A stretch of 64,000 bases of DNA from Anthoceros angustus (Eukaryota; Plantae; Anthocerotophyta), in the NCBI GenBank assembly GCA_010909165.1, contig MU008179.1:1028710-1092709 (forward strand). The letters are read 5' to 3'. The notes below the pieces were generated by a model. It saw only the letters and a list, made by a program, of their open reading frames with translations. It did not search any database and had not been told where the DNA came from. The translations under genes and the position numbers were made by a program. Shown in pieces: positions 50,995 through 64,000 of this stretch; the first letter of the stretch is position 1, and every line of letters starts with the position of its first letter.

Positions 50995-53900
50995 GCTGTG
51001 GATTTACGAGCCTTGGCGGAACCGCTAAGGAAGAGACTGCCGCCATCGCTACTCGAGGCGCAGAGGAAGCGGAGTCACGAGTGACGCGAGGAAGTCGCTT
51101 TGGCTCACTGTACAGAAAGAACCAGACGGAGAAATCGGAGGAGGAAGAGGCGAGATCACCGAAATAAAGGAAGGAGGTCGGAAGAGAAATTGGTGTCCAG
51201 CGACGAGGCGCACCTCCGAGCACGACCACCTTTCACAACCGCCGCGAACTCCCGCGACGTTTTGCTTCTCGAAGCGGTGATACCACCCCAACTTCCGACG
51301 AATCGACAATGACGACGAGGTCGAGCGGGAATTTTGCCCGGTCGGAGGATTTTGAACGCCCTGATCGGATCTCCGATCAACTTGATCTGTTGGGACGAGC
51401 CACGTGAGAGGTCGCTACCCTCGCTAGAAAATTTCGCACTCAAGGACCCGATCTGCTTATCCCAAGGAAGAAGAAGTGTTGGCAGCGGACGCCGTAAGCA
51501 ACATGAGTGGAGTTGGTGGAGGAGGAGGGCCGCACGCCGCTACCGCCAAAGAATACGCCAAATTCGCGAGAAGAAGAAGGGAGATGACGCGAGGCGCTTG
51601 TAAGAACTTTCGAGCACGCCTCCCACGCTTTGGAGGATGGAGTCGCCGATCGATCGCGCATCTTTCCGGATCCGAGAGGGCATGCACAATGGTATGGTCG
51701 CACATATAATTCTAAACGGATTGGGAAGCTCTTAAGGCGCCTTCTTGAATCGGTTCGAGGGCTCCACGCACACCACACTTGGCAAGTTGAGAACCCTCCA
51801 GGGAAGAAGCGAGAATCGTTGTTCGATTATGTGAGAGGTTTTACGGATATCCGATCGAGTTCAAATGTGCACCCGAGAGGCCGGAGATCCACCCACTGGT
51901 ACTCACAAGAACAAGCGTTGGATTGGTTTGTGAGTGGCTTATCGCGAAAATGGAGGTACACCGCAGCGTGGAACAAAAGACGCTAAGGAGCCTCCGCTTA
52001 GCCGAGGAATGGGAGTCCGCCGAGTTGGGGAGGAGAAGAAGAAGAGGCGAAGTCATAAGAAGAGGAAAGGATCGAGGAGATCTAGCCTCCTCGCCTCCTC
52101 CAGCATCGCCTCCCTCATCGAAGTGAGGACATGGAACTCGTGAAAGCTCCACATCGGATGAAGAATCGAGAAGGCCTACGAACGATTTAATGAAGAAGGA
52201 CCCGAGAAGGTCAAAACGAAGAAGGCGGAACGCGACCGGAGAAGGAGAGGAAGGGAAGACGTCCGGATGGAGAAGGAGAAACGTCTGCAGGGAGGAGGGA
52301 TTGCGGACAAGTGGAGGCTTTGACCAAGAGGTTGACCGAGTTAGAGGTTAAAGGTGAAGAATCAAGCTCCACGAAGATCTCCTCACCGAGGCCGCTTGGT
52401 GTATTGCTCAATGTCATCAAACGGGACACACCAACCGAATGTATTCGCACCGCGACATGCGTAAATCATGTGGAAACCGCTGCCGTGAGATTATTGGTAT
52501 GTGGACGAGCAGTGTGCAAGCACATCGAAGTCGGCCACCTCAATCAATGAGGGCGACTTACCAACCGACTACACCAGCCTCGAAGGTATGGATCGACCGA
52601 CATCGCCAGACCATGGAGACCAGATCCATCAGAGGCCAATGGCGATTCCATGTGATGTCATAATTATGGAGCCGTGTCACTACTCAAACGAATGCCGTAA
52701 CCACGAAGCAAGTGGTTATGTACCCTTGCCGTATGCAAGGAATTGGACATAAAATGGGGATCCGCGGGTGGCGCGAGTGACACCACACCAGAGTCGTTCA
52801 CGGAGCCTGCAGAGGAAGAGACACGACCAATCCCGAGACCGCTGACAAACCACGCCGTCAAGGTGGAGGCGAATTCGACGGATCCTGGTGACATCGGAAT
52901 TGTGGAAGAGGGTATGAAGGAGAGATGAGCGGATGAAGGATTGATGGTGGCCAAGGTGACCACCGATCGGGCCGCGGAGAAAGGCCGAGGTCGGAAAACG
53001 GCGGAGAGGAGAAGGAAGCGGAGGAAGGTGAGGGACTCACCTTGGCCTCCGGAGACGCGCCCAAGCTGAGGAGAGGGAAGGAACCCCACCGCCAAAGCGG
53101 GGCACTACCCCCGGCACCCCACGGGTAGTAGGCCTACGAGGGCTAACGGGTCAAAGGAGGAGGAACGAACCGCGCTTCCTCGATTAGTCGGGCGGGCGGC
53201 ATGCCGGAAGATGAGCTAAACTCACCCGACACGGGAGGTAGCAAAGCCGAATTGTTGATCCGCCGGTATGGGTCCCACCCGATAGGAGGGATCATGGAAT
53301 CGGAAGTTTACCAATAAGGTCGGAGTCGACTCCGTGGCTGCAAACGGGAGGAAACCTTGTCGATAAGATTCCGCCCGACGCATTACTTGACCGCGAATTT
53401 GTGGTCGGGCTTGAGATGCTTGCGGTGAGTCCGAGATCCCGCAAAATTGTGAAGGAGGCGATCGGGAATCTCAGGAGAAGCGCCTGGAGGTAAATGTGGT
53501 CGAACTCTTGATTTGGGGCACCCGAGATTGAGGTTGAAATTGGGTGTTTGGTGCCCGTGCCATTAGATTCGGATCGGAGTCAACTTGATGACGGGAGAGC
53601 TCATCAACTCGGGTTCACCGAGTTTCACCCGCCCGAGTATTTTTACGGATGGCCGACAAACAAGGAGAAAGCCACCGGGGTGTTGAGAAGAATACCCACT
53701 GTGATTGGGGTCTCACCTTCCATCTTACCTACATTGTGATGCCGGTCGGATTTAGGCTATAAGGTTTTGATAGGTAGGCCTTGGTTGTATGGTACCGCGT
53801 GTTTTTGATTTTGGTCGAGTGGCATCACCTTCAAGTCCAGTACCCGCGATTGGTGTCATGGAGCAAGGCCCTATGAGGGGAGTCCGCCCACCGATGGGTA

Positions 53901-56900
53901 CACCTCGTAGCACGGGTAAGCTCGGCAAAGGATCGCATATCGGGTCCCCGAGGTCACCAAATAAAGAGTGATTTGGTGTACCTGCTACATAGAGGAAGTC
54001 AGAAGAGTCCAAGGATGAGGCACATAGGGAAGGAGTAGCCTTTGGAAGGGTAAGGCCTATGATCGAGATTTTCCAAGAGGGATCCGAAGATAGGTAGCAA
54101 CCGAGGAACATATGTAGATCCCGCGAGAAGACCTAGAGTTAGAACCTAGCAAGGTAGTCAAGATTTCTTCTAGTAGAGAAAGAAGAGTTTCAGAGGTGCT
54201 TAGGGAGTATGTCGATGTGTTTGCCTTCAAGATTACCGACATGACAGATACCAAGAACCGGGATACATCGAATCGATTTGAAGGAGGGCAACAGGAAGGA
54301 TCAAGCAATACAGCTGAATCCCAAGTATTCCATGGTCACAAGGATCACCGACCAATACTTTGAGGGGTGATTTATCCGGCTCACCAAAGGAGTGGGTTGC
54401 ACCCATCGAATTGTACCAAGAAGCAAAGCAGGAAAGGTTCGGTGTGTCAGATTTCGTGAAGCTCAATGAAGCAACGAAGAAGGATCACCCTTTGCCTTTC
54501 ATGGACAAAGTGGCCGGACATGAATGACATGAGATGGCTTTTCGACTACAATCAAATTTCGCTGAAGGAGGATCGTGACAGACAACGCTCACAACCGATT
54601 GGGGAACTTACGCTTATTCCAAGCTCCCTTCGTTGTAATGCCCCGCCACTTTCCTGGTGAACTATATTCCGAGATTTTCTCGAAGTTCATGGAGGTATTC
54701 CTAGATGATTTCGCGTTTGGGAGAAGGAACCGCATCTAGATCATTTGAGACAATGTTTTCGTGCGTGGAGTCGAACATGAAACTTCATCCGTGGAAGTGT
54801 TATTTTGGCATGACGAGGGCATTTTGTTAGCACATCGAAGTTTCAGGATTGGATAGATAAGGAGAAGGTAGCGGATAATGAGATGGACGACCTCAAACGG
54901 TGAGGCAAAAGTAGCTTTTGTAGGGCTAGGTATTACAGAGGTTCATCAAGGATTTCGCCAAGAAGGCAGCCTTGGACACAATTAACCAAGGATACACACC
55001 TTCGAATGGACAAACGGTGAGGCTTTTCAGCAGCTTGAGTGAGCGCACAACTTTACAACCACGATTGGGAGAAGCCGTTTAATGATGTGTCCGCTTATGC
55101 CATTGGGACCGCTCAAGCCGGGACGAGAAGAAACGGACCATCCGATTTTCTATGCGGTAGATACCACGATGCTGAAAAGAACTACTCAACCACGGAGGGA
55201 GGGTCTTGGTATCATTTACTCGAAGAAGTTTAGACACTATCTCGCTTGCTTGCAAGGTGACGCTTCATGTTGACCATTTTATGCTGAAGTATCTTGTCAA
55301 CAAGCCGATTTGTCGTGAAGGATTGCCGATGGGTACACCTCGTAGCACGGGTAAGCTCGGCAAAGGATCGCATATCGGGTCCCCGAGGTCACCAAATAAA
55401 GAGTGATTTGGTGTACCTGCTACATAGAGGAAGTCAGAAGAGTCCAAGGATGAGGCACATAGGGAAGGAGTAGCCTTTGGAAGGGTAAGGCCTATGATCG
55501 AGATTTTCCAAGAGGGATCCGAAGATAGGTAGCAACCGAGGAACATATGTAGATCCCGCGAGAAGACCTAGAGTTAGAACCTAGCAAGGTAGTCAAGATT
55601 TCTTCTAGTAGAGAAAGAAGAGTTTCAGAGGTGCTTAGGGAGTATGTCGATGTGTTTGCCTTCAAGATTACCGACATGACAGATACCGAAGAACTGGGAT
55701 ACATCGAATCGACTTGAAGGAGGGCAGCACTCCGGTGAGGATCAAGCAATACAGGCTGAATCCCAAGTATTCCATGGTTGTTAAGGATCAGGACCAATAC
55801 TTGGAGCGGATTTATCCCTCACCTGAGTGGGTCGCACCCATCGTGATTGTACCAAAGAAGCAGGAGGAAAGGTTCGGTGTGTCAAGATTTCGTGAAGCTC
55901 AATGAAGCAACGAAGAAGGATCATCACCCTTTACCTTTCATGGACAGTGGCCGACATGTGACATGAGATGTACAGCTTGATGGATATTCGGTACAATCAA
56001 ATTTCGGAAGGAGGATCGTGAGACAACGCTCACAACGGATTGGGGAACTTACGCTATTCAAGCTCCCTTCGGTTGTGCAATGCCCCGCCACTTTCCGGGT
56101 GGTGAACGCGATATTCCGAGATTTTCGGAAGTTCATGGAGGTATTCGGATGATTTCGTGGGGAGGAACTCGACCATCATTTGAGGCAATGTTTCGATGCA
56201 GAGTCGAACATGAAACTTCATCCGGAAGTGTTATTTTGGCATGACGGAGGGCATTTTGTTAGCACATCGAGTCTCAGACGAGGATTGGTGTAGATAAGGA
56301 GAAGGTAGCGTGATAGTGAGATGGACGCACCAAACGGTAAAAGTAGCTTTTGTAGGGCTAGTGGGTATTACAGAGGTTCATCAAGGATTTCGCCAAGAAG
56401 GCAGCCTTGTTGACACAATTAACCAAGAAGGATACACCTTCGAATGGACAACGCAATGTGAGGCTTTTCAAGCTTGAAGGACTGGTGAGCGCACCAACTT
56501 ACAACCGATTGGGAGAAGCCGCTTACGTATACGATGTGTCCGCTATGCCATTGGGACCTTTTAAGTCGAAGGACGAAGAAACGGATCATCCGATTTTCTA
56601 TGCGTAGACACACGGATGCTGAAAAGAACTACTCAACCACGGAGCGGAGGGTCTTGGTATCATTTACTCGTAAGAAGTTTAGACACTATCCGCTTGCTTG
56701 CAAGGTGACGCTTCATGTTGACCATTTTGCTGAAGTATCTTGTCAACAAGCCGATTTGTCGTGAAGGATTGCGCAGTGGGTACTACCGCTGCAAGAGTTT
56801 GACTACGACGAGAAACTAGGCTGTGGAAGCAACATCGTAATGCCGATTTCATTTCTCGCCGAAAACCGGAGAGCGACTTGAGGCGATGACCGATTTCGAC

Positions 56901-58690
56901 GAGGAGTTGGTTGCCCCGGGTCAAGGGGAGGACGTGCATGTTGAGACGGCCTAAGAATTGATCAGCAAGTCTTGTTGCCAGCAGAGGGCCAAATGAGCAA
57001 GAAGGGACGTGTGAAAAGCGCAGCAGACAACTGGAACCGAGGAGATAGGATGGCGCCAGATGGGCGCGAGGAGGAGGCTGAATGCTCAAGGGTGAGCAGC
57101 TGCAAGTGGAGGCCAGTTGGCAAGGAAGAGCAAAACGACATGAGAGCACTTTTGAGCGACGAAGGACCACACTTGGCGAGGTCGGGCGCCAGGGCCGCGA
57201 GGAGAGAGGCCCTAGGGGTGGACACGAGGGCGAAGAAGGAGATGCATCATGAAAAGTTTGAGAAAATTGCGTAGGGAGGATCCGGCAATCACTCAAAATC
57301 ACCATGGAGGTGCAGAAGTCGAGGGACGCCATGAGCTGCAATGAGACCCAGGAGGAACAGAATGGAAGAAATCATGAGGAGAAGCAAGGAACGGCAAGAT
57401 GGGCGGCAGGAGGTGGGCCGTGGATGGATACACGCCATCCGGAGCGACGTCCTAGAGGAGGAGGTACCTGGAAGGAGGAGATTAGAACGTGAGGGGCGTT
57501 CATGCCCGATATTTGTTGAGCGAAGTACGAAGTTCGGAGCATGGAATCATGCCGATGGTTGTCCAGGAAGGGCGGGCTGTCTTTCTCCATAAAGCCGCAC
57601 CCTATTGCCTAAGGGAAGGCCCCGTAAACTTGGGCCGGACGAGAAGATCCGACTGTCTCGGCCGAAGGAGGCCACTCACACGGAGGCGACATGCGAAGAG
57701 TGGACACTATTCGACAGTGACCGTTAAGAAGATTTTGAATGCGGGTTCGTGGGCTACGATGCAAAAGGATGTGTGGAGTTCACCCGAGGTGTGATGCGTG
57801 TCGAGGGTTGGGCGGCCCACGTTGTCGACACAATGGCCTCTTACCTACATCTTACCGCTAGCACCGCTCGAGAAGTGGGGAATCGATTGAGGACCAATCA
57901 AACCACCAACGCAATGGACGAGGAAGTGACATTTTGGTGGCTACGGATTATTGTACAAGATGGTGGAAGTCAAGCAACAAGGAAGGACGACGACGCAGAG
58001 CAAGTTTTTATTCGAGAACATCATAACTGTACGGGATGTCCTTTAGAGTTGGTCACGATCGGGGACACATTTCCTCAACTCCGTCGTTGAGTCCCTAACC
58101 ACCTATTTCAACATTCGGCATCAGAAGACGACCCCCTACAACCCCAAGGCGAACGGATTGACGGAGAAGACGAATGGGTTGCTATGCACAATCCTCACCA
58201 AGGTAACTGTAACGCACATGTATGATTGGGATGCTAAGTTGCATTCGGCATTGTGGGCTTACAGGACCGCGGAGAAGGTAACCACCAAGAAGACCCCTTA
58301 TTATCTAACGTATGGAATGTCGCCTGTGATGCCCGTGGAATTTGAAGTACCTACCTACAGAATCATGGAGGATGAACGATGACCAGAGAGGATAGCCGTA
58401 GCTAGAAGCTTTCATAGAGCAGAGGAACGAGGGAAGATGCGTTAGAAGAAACCCAGCGGATTCGTGAACTCGTAAAAGACGCATGATGGGAGGTTGAAAG
58501 CAAGAGACTATCGTGGACGGGATTTGGTTCTTCTATATGATAGTCTACCTAGACTTTCCGTGAAGTTTAGATTGAGATGGATGGGACCTGAGGTGGTCGC
58601 AGATACGAGAATGGATCCGGTAACTCCGCAGGCGGGCATTCACCGAGTGAATGGGTGGAAGGTTAAGAAGTACCCGAGTACTGTTTGCGA
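50995..58690 (+). pseudogene. Element C gag-pol (gag ~50995-52900, PR ~53500-53800, RT/RH duplicated 53890-56900, INT ~57540-58690)
   Basis: YSQEQALDWFVSGLSRK, IKQYRLNPKYS, EWVAPIVIVPKK, TEKTNGLLCTILTK, RVNGWKVKKY. Confidence 0.92.
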
Positions 58691-61600
58691 GGACGCAAAC
58701 AGTGAGGTGGGGAGTATGTGGAACGAAAAGTTTGGGCAACCAAAAGAGCCAAGACAACAAGTTTGATTTTTTGGCTAAGAACGATTGAAGAGGAGCATGC
58801 CAAGAAATTCTCGAGAATCTTGAAGCTTGGAATATTGTTAGGAAGGAAAAGGATATCCCGTGAAGAAGAACGGGTCAAAACGACGCATTTTGGTGAGGGC
58901 GGTCCGAAGGTAGGTCAAGATCACGCCGTAGGTCGCCACACCACGCCGTAGGTCGAGAAAGAAGCATCACCGCGTCATACCGCGTAGGTTGAATCTCGCC
59001 AAAAAAGGAAATTAGAATAGGGGGATATCCACTATATATGCTCACCAATAGGGAATATATATAGGTAATTAGATTAATTAGGGTAGATAGGAAAGGTAGG
59101 TAGTAGAATTAGGATTTTGGAATGATGAACCAATCTAGGGTTGTGCCTGTGGCATCATCCAAAGGGCAAAGTGTTGCGCGCCAACTTCCTTCGAGCGCTC
59201 AACCAAGCGAAGACCGGAGCTGGAGCGAACGCAAGAGGAAGGGCTGCCATCGCCACGCCGCCATCGCACGAAGGAAGGCGGGCGCATGAGAAGGAGAGAC
59301 TACGAGGGTGGAGAGGAAGAACCGAGCGACGGGAAGGAAAAAGAGGTGGTGAGTACCGTGGAGCGAAGCACCAATCGAGCATGAGGAAGGACGCTGAGTT
59401 GAGAAGTGACGCAAGGGAGGAGAATGAGCTGACCAAGACGCCTCAAGGGAGGACGCGAGGAAATTGGCAAGAGAGCGCCACCAATTAACGTGCAGAGCCG
59501 TTTGCCGCCCAAGAGAAGGAGAAGTGGGAACAAGCCCGAGGTTGCGTAAATTGGGAAGTAATCTCTTCCTTGAAGCACTTGAGGAAGCACCATGCCTCGA
59601 GCAGAAAGGCAAAAGGAACCCGCCACAGGGCTCCTCGAGGAGAGGAAGAAGGCAGCCCGCTGTGGGGGCGAGGCCAGATGCCCCAATTCACTTGCTTTGC
59701 AGCTCAACCCCGTGGATTTGGTTGATTTTCGCAAGGGCGAGGAGGAGAACATCCACTGGGATGGGTGTATGGCCGCCAATGGGCCTACACCAATTTGGAA
59801 TTGATTGAGGAGTGTTCATCAACCTCCATCAATCGAGGCAGCCCTTGCCGCTACGGAGGAATGCTGAACGATCCCCGCCGGACCGTGGGAGCATTCTGTG
59901 TATGGAGACCGGAGGAAGAGAGCTGAATTGCTCTCCTCGAAGGACAATGGAGGGAAGAGGATTCTCGATATCCCGCAGAGTTCCTCGACATGATGGATGA
60001 GGAGTGAAGGCCCACGCCAAGAATGGTGGAAGACCGAGAGCATCAAGGAGTCAAGTGAGGCTCTTGCAAAGATTGGTTGGTAAACCGACCTCTTATTTCA
60101 CCAACTTCCTCCAATTCTTTGTGGAAGATTTCAAGGGAGCCATTGGGGACCATCATGTATGAGGCCTACATCCACCACCGGAGAAGCTCCTCAAGCCAAA
60201 TTGTGGATGAGGAAGGCCAAGGCCTTGCTACCTTAGCACCTATTTGGTGCATTTGTGGAAACCGAGGGCTTCACAAGCAAGGAGTTGAAGATGCTTGGCA
60301 AATTGAAATTCCCTTTGAACACTTGAGAAACGCCATGCCTCGAGGAAAGGCAAGGGAAGGAGCCAAAGGGCTCTTCCTCGAGGAGAAAAGGAAAGAAGGC
60401 AGCGGCCACAGGAGGTGAGATGCCCCAATTCACTTGCTTTGTGGGCAGCTCAACCCCGGGATTTGGTTGATTTTCGCAAGGGAGGAGGAGAACATCCACT
60501 GGGATGGGTGTATGGCCGCCAATGGGCCTACACCAATTTGAGTTGATTGAGGAGTGCTTCATCAACCTCCATCAATCGAGGCAGCCCTGCCGCTGCACGA
60601 AGAAATGCTCTGGACGGATCCGCCTGGACCGTAAGGAGCATTCACGTGTAAGGCCGGAGGAAGAGAGCTCCGGAATCTTGCTTCTTGAGAGGACAACAGG
60701 AGGGAAGAGATTGCCCTCTCGACATTCCACAAGAAGTCCTCGATATGATGGACGGAGGGTGAGCCCATGCCAAGAATGGCTGGAAGACCGATAGCATCAA
60801 GGAGTCAAGTGGAGGCTCTTGCAAAATTGTGTTGGGGTTGGTAAACTATCACGACCTCTTACTTTGGCACCAACTTCCTCTGCTTTTGGAAGATTTCAAG
60901 GGGAGCCAAGCCGATTGGGGCACTATCATGGCGAGGCCTACATCCACCACGGGAGAGACTCTCAAGCCAATTCGTGGATGAGGAAGGGCCTGTGCTCATA
61001 CCTCAAGACCTACTCGGTGCATTTGTGGAAACGAGGCTTCACAAGCAAGGAATTGAAGATGCTTGGCATCCTTGAGATAGTTCATCTCCGCCAAGCTTGG
61101 AAAGGCCTTGCCTTTGCATTGCGAAGAGCGAGGAGGTCGACCACCAACATTACCGTGGCCGAGAGCGTGAGGCAAGAAGGGCCGGAGTGGGAGGCCTTTT
61201 CCCCACTGAGCAAGCAGAGAAGGAGGCCAAGAGGGCCAAGTAGTTGTTTATGAGAGGAGAACTATGGCTCAAGGGGTGGGGGAGTCCCCACCATGCATGG
61301 GTGCCGAAGAGGCACCACCTCACCCCAGGGGAGGCAGCTACCCAGGCAGGTACTACCGTGGTAGGTAGACCACCGTAGGGTCAGACACGCGGGGGAGGCC
61401 ACTCGTAGGTGCACCCCACGCCCGCGCGCCCTGGGCGGTGGTAGGGAAGGAAAAGGCTGAGGCCGCGAGTGGCGCTGAAGCCACCACGCCTGCACTCCTG
61501 AGGGAGAGCGGATGGAGCACGTAGGGACCCCACCCCGCCGTAATGATCCCGAGTGGAATGAGAGCTGAGATTTCCAAGAAGAAGAGGGGGTGGAATTAGG

Positions 61601-64000
61601 ACCCCTAGGAGAATTGGCCGGTGCTTGTGAAGCACTCACCGGTAGGATTTGAAGGGGCTGAGAGCTAGCCTCCCTTGGGGCCACCAGAGGAGGTCAAAGC
61701 CCAAGACATGGTCGGTAGGGAAAGACAGGACCAAGTGGCATTGGAGGCCATGGAGTCCGACGGCAGCCAAGTTGAGCGTGAAAAAGCTCCAGATCTTGTG
61801 GACCAAGAGCCAGAGAAGGTCCTAGAAGGAGGTTGTCACATCGAGGAGCCATGGCAACCGCCCAAAGGACTCTTGGAGATGTATATGGAGGAACATTTTG
61901 CCCAATTGGAGCAAGAGCTAAGGCAAAATGGCACTGGAAAGGGAAAGGCGCGATCCAACAAGTGGCCGCAGAGCAGTGTGATGGCTACTCAAGCCATCAA
62001 AACCGGATATGGGAGAGGAATTGAGAAGGACCCAGGTATAATTTGAGGAGGAGCGCATGGAGCGAGAAGCACAAGACCAAGCAACCCAGGAGTCGGAGGC
62101 TGAAGAGTGCTTGGCAAGCGGAGAAGGAGGGCTTGCCCAACAATTAGCGGACTGGAGCAAGGAGGTCCAGAGGAGGAGCACCACAAGAAGGTGGTGCATG
62201 TGATGCCGGTGGTGAGGAAGAAGATTTTGGCTGATTATGCCCTTCAAAGTGAACTAGCCAACCAAAAGGGAGTAAGGGGAGGAGAATGTAACCTCCATAT
62301 GAAGGTGGGGAATTAACCACGCAAGGGATGCCTACGGTAGGTGAAGATGGAGAGTGGCCCACTGAGATTGATGATCTCCAAATGCAATACCATAGCTTGG
62401 GGCTCACCTCCACAATGTAATTTTGAAGGCCAACAATGAGTTTGCGTTTGGCCAAGAGGCGGGGAATCTAAGGAAGAGACGATCGCTACTGAGGAGCAGG
62501 AGGAAGTGAGTCACGGGACGCGAGGAAGTCGCCTCTCCGAAGACGACAGAGGTGCGGAACGACCGAGAAAATCGAGGAGGAAGAGGCGAGATCAGGCCGA
62601 GGAAGGAGGTCGGAAGAGAAATTGGTGTCCAGCGACGAGGCGCACCCTCAGCACGACCACCTTTCACAACCGCCGCGAACTCCCGCGACGCTTTGCTTCT
62701 CAAGCGGTGATACCACCCCAACTTCCGACGAATCGATAATGACGACGAGGTCGAGCGGGAATTTGCCCGGTCGGAGGATTTGAACGCCCTGATCGGATCT
62801 CCGATCAATTGATCTGCTGGGACGACCAGAGAGGTCGCTACCCCTCGCTAGAAAATTTCGCACTCAAGGACCCGATCTGCTTATCCCAAGGAAGAAGAAG
62901 TGTCGCAGCTGACGCCGTAAGCAACATGAGTGGAGTTGGTGGAGGAGGAGGGCCGCACGCCGCTACCGCCAAGAAACCAAGTAGAAGAAGAAGGGAGATG
63001 ACGCGAGGCGCTTGTAAGAACTTTCGAGCACGCCTCCCACACGAATTTGGAGGATGGAGTCGCCGATCGATCGCGCATCTTTCCGGATCCGAGAGGGCAT
63101 GCACAATGGTATGGTCGCACATATAATTCTAAACGGATTGGGAAGCTCTTAAGGCGCCTTCTTGAATCGGTTCGAGGGCTCCACGCACACCACACCTTTG
63201 AGAACCCTCCAGGGAAGAAGAGAATCGTTGTTCGATTATGTGAGAGGTTTTACGGATATCCGATCGAGTTCAAATGTGCACCCGAGAGGCCGGAGATCCA
63301 CCCACTGGTACTCACAAGAACAAGCGTTGGATTGGTTTGTGAGTGGCTTATCGCGAAAATGGAGGTACACCGCAGCGTGGAACAAAAGACGCTAAGGAGC
63401 CTCCGCTTGGCCGAGGAATGGGAGTCCGCCGAGTTGGGAGGAGAAGAAAGAAGAGGCGAAGTCATAAGAAGAGGAAAGGATCGAGGAGATCTAGCCTCCT
63501 CGCCTCCTCCAGCATCGCCTCCCTCATCGAAGTGAGGGAACTCGTGAAAGCTCCACATCGGATGAGGAATCGAGAAGGCCTACGAAATGAAGAAGGACCC
63601 GAGAAGGTCAAAACGAAGAAGGCGGAACGCGACCGGAGAAGGAGAGGAAGGGAAGACGTCCGGATGGAGAAGGGAGAAACGTCTGCAGGGAGGAGGGATT
63701 GCGGACAAGTGGAGGCTTTGACCAAGAGGTTGACCGAGTTAGAGGTTAAAGGTGAAGAATCAAGCTCCACGAAGATCTCCTCACCGAGGCCGCTTGGTGT
63801 ATTGCTCAATGTCATCAAACGGGACACACCAACCGAATGTATTCGCACCGCGACATGCGTAAATCATGTGGAAACCGCTGCCGTGAGATTATTGGTATGT
63901 GGACGAGCAGTGTGCAAGCACATCGAAGTCGGCCACCTCAATCAATGAGGGCGACTTACCAACCGACTACACCAGCCTCGAAGGTATGGATCGACCGACA

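Larger units (their letters stand above)
46257..64000 (+). mobile_element. Element C: plus-strand relative of A in tandem (LTR-delta, gag-pol, LTR-delta, gag...)
   Basis: LTR starts TGTGGAACG at 46257 and 58717; PPT 58704-58716; gag and pol homologous to A; no PBS visible. Confidence 0.9.

Overview
This window is plant heterochromatin made entirely of nested, mostly frameshifted retrotransposons; I found no host gene. (A) A minus-strand non-chromoviral Ty3/Gypsy (Athila-like, tRNA-Asp PBS) element spans <1-16020. Its LTRs are about 4.4 kb (11589-16020 and <1-3422), and each LTR carries a protein-coding gene with its own promoter-like region and arrays of a CCTAC-N3/4-GTAGG palindrome. (B) A related giant LTR (16021-26675) has the same gene, split by an intact Ty1/Copia insertion (19074-26096, TSD AGAAG) and by a ~8.4 kb inversion that breaks it at the QVYGR motif. 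Next come a truncated minus-strand Copia (26676-29476), GC-rich retroelement relics including a ~320 bp hairpin, a Copia LTR fragment, a 5'-truncated RLE-type (CRE-like) non-LTR element (~33935-34735) and another Copia (35037-~39340). (D) A tandemly repeated block (39345-46256) carries a divergent homologue of the LTR gene. (C) A plus-strand relative of A (46257-64000) is arranged in tandem, with R/U5/PBS deleted so that the LTR gene abuts gag. Frequent 1-3 bp deletions and local 1-1.5 kb duplications suggest noisy long-read assembly, so many frameshifts may be artefacts. The main candidate novelty is a Gypsy lineage whose accessory gene has been captured into the LTR U3, possibly by a shift of the polypurine tract. 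All family assignments come from motif recognition by eye, not from database searches.
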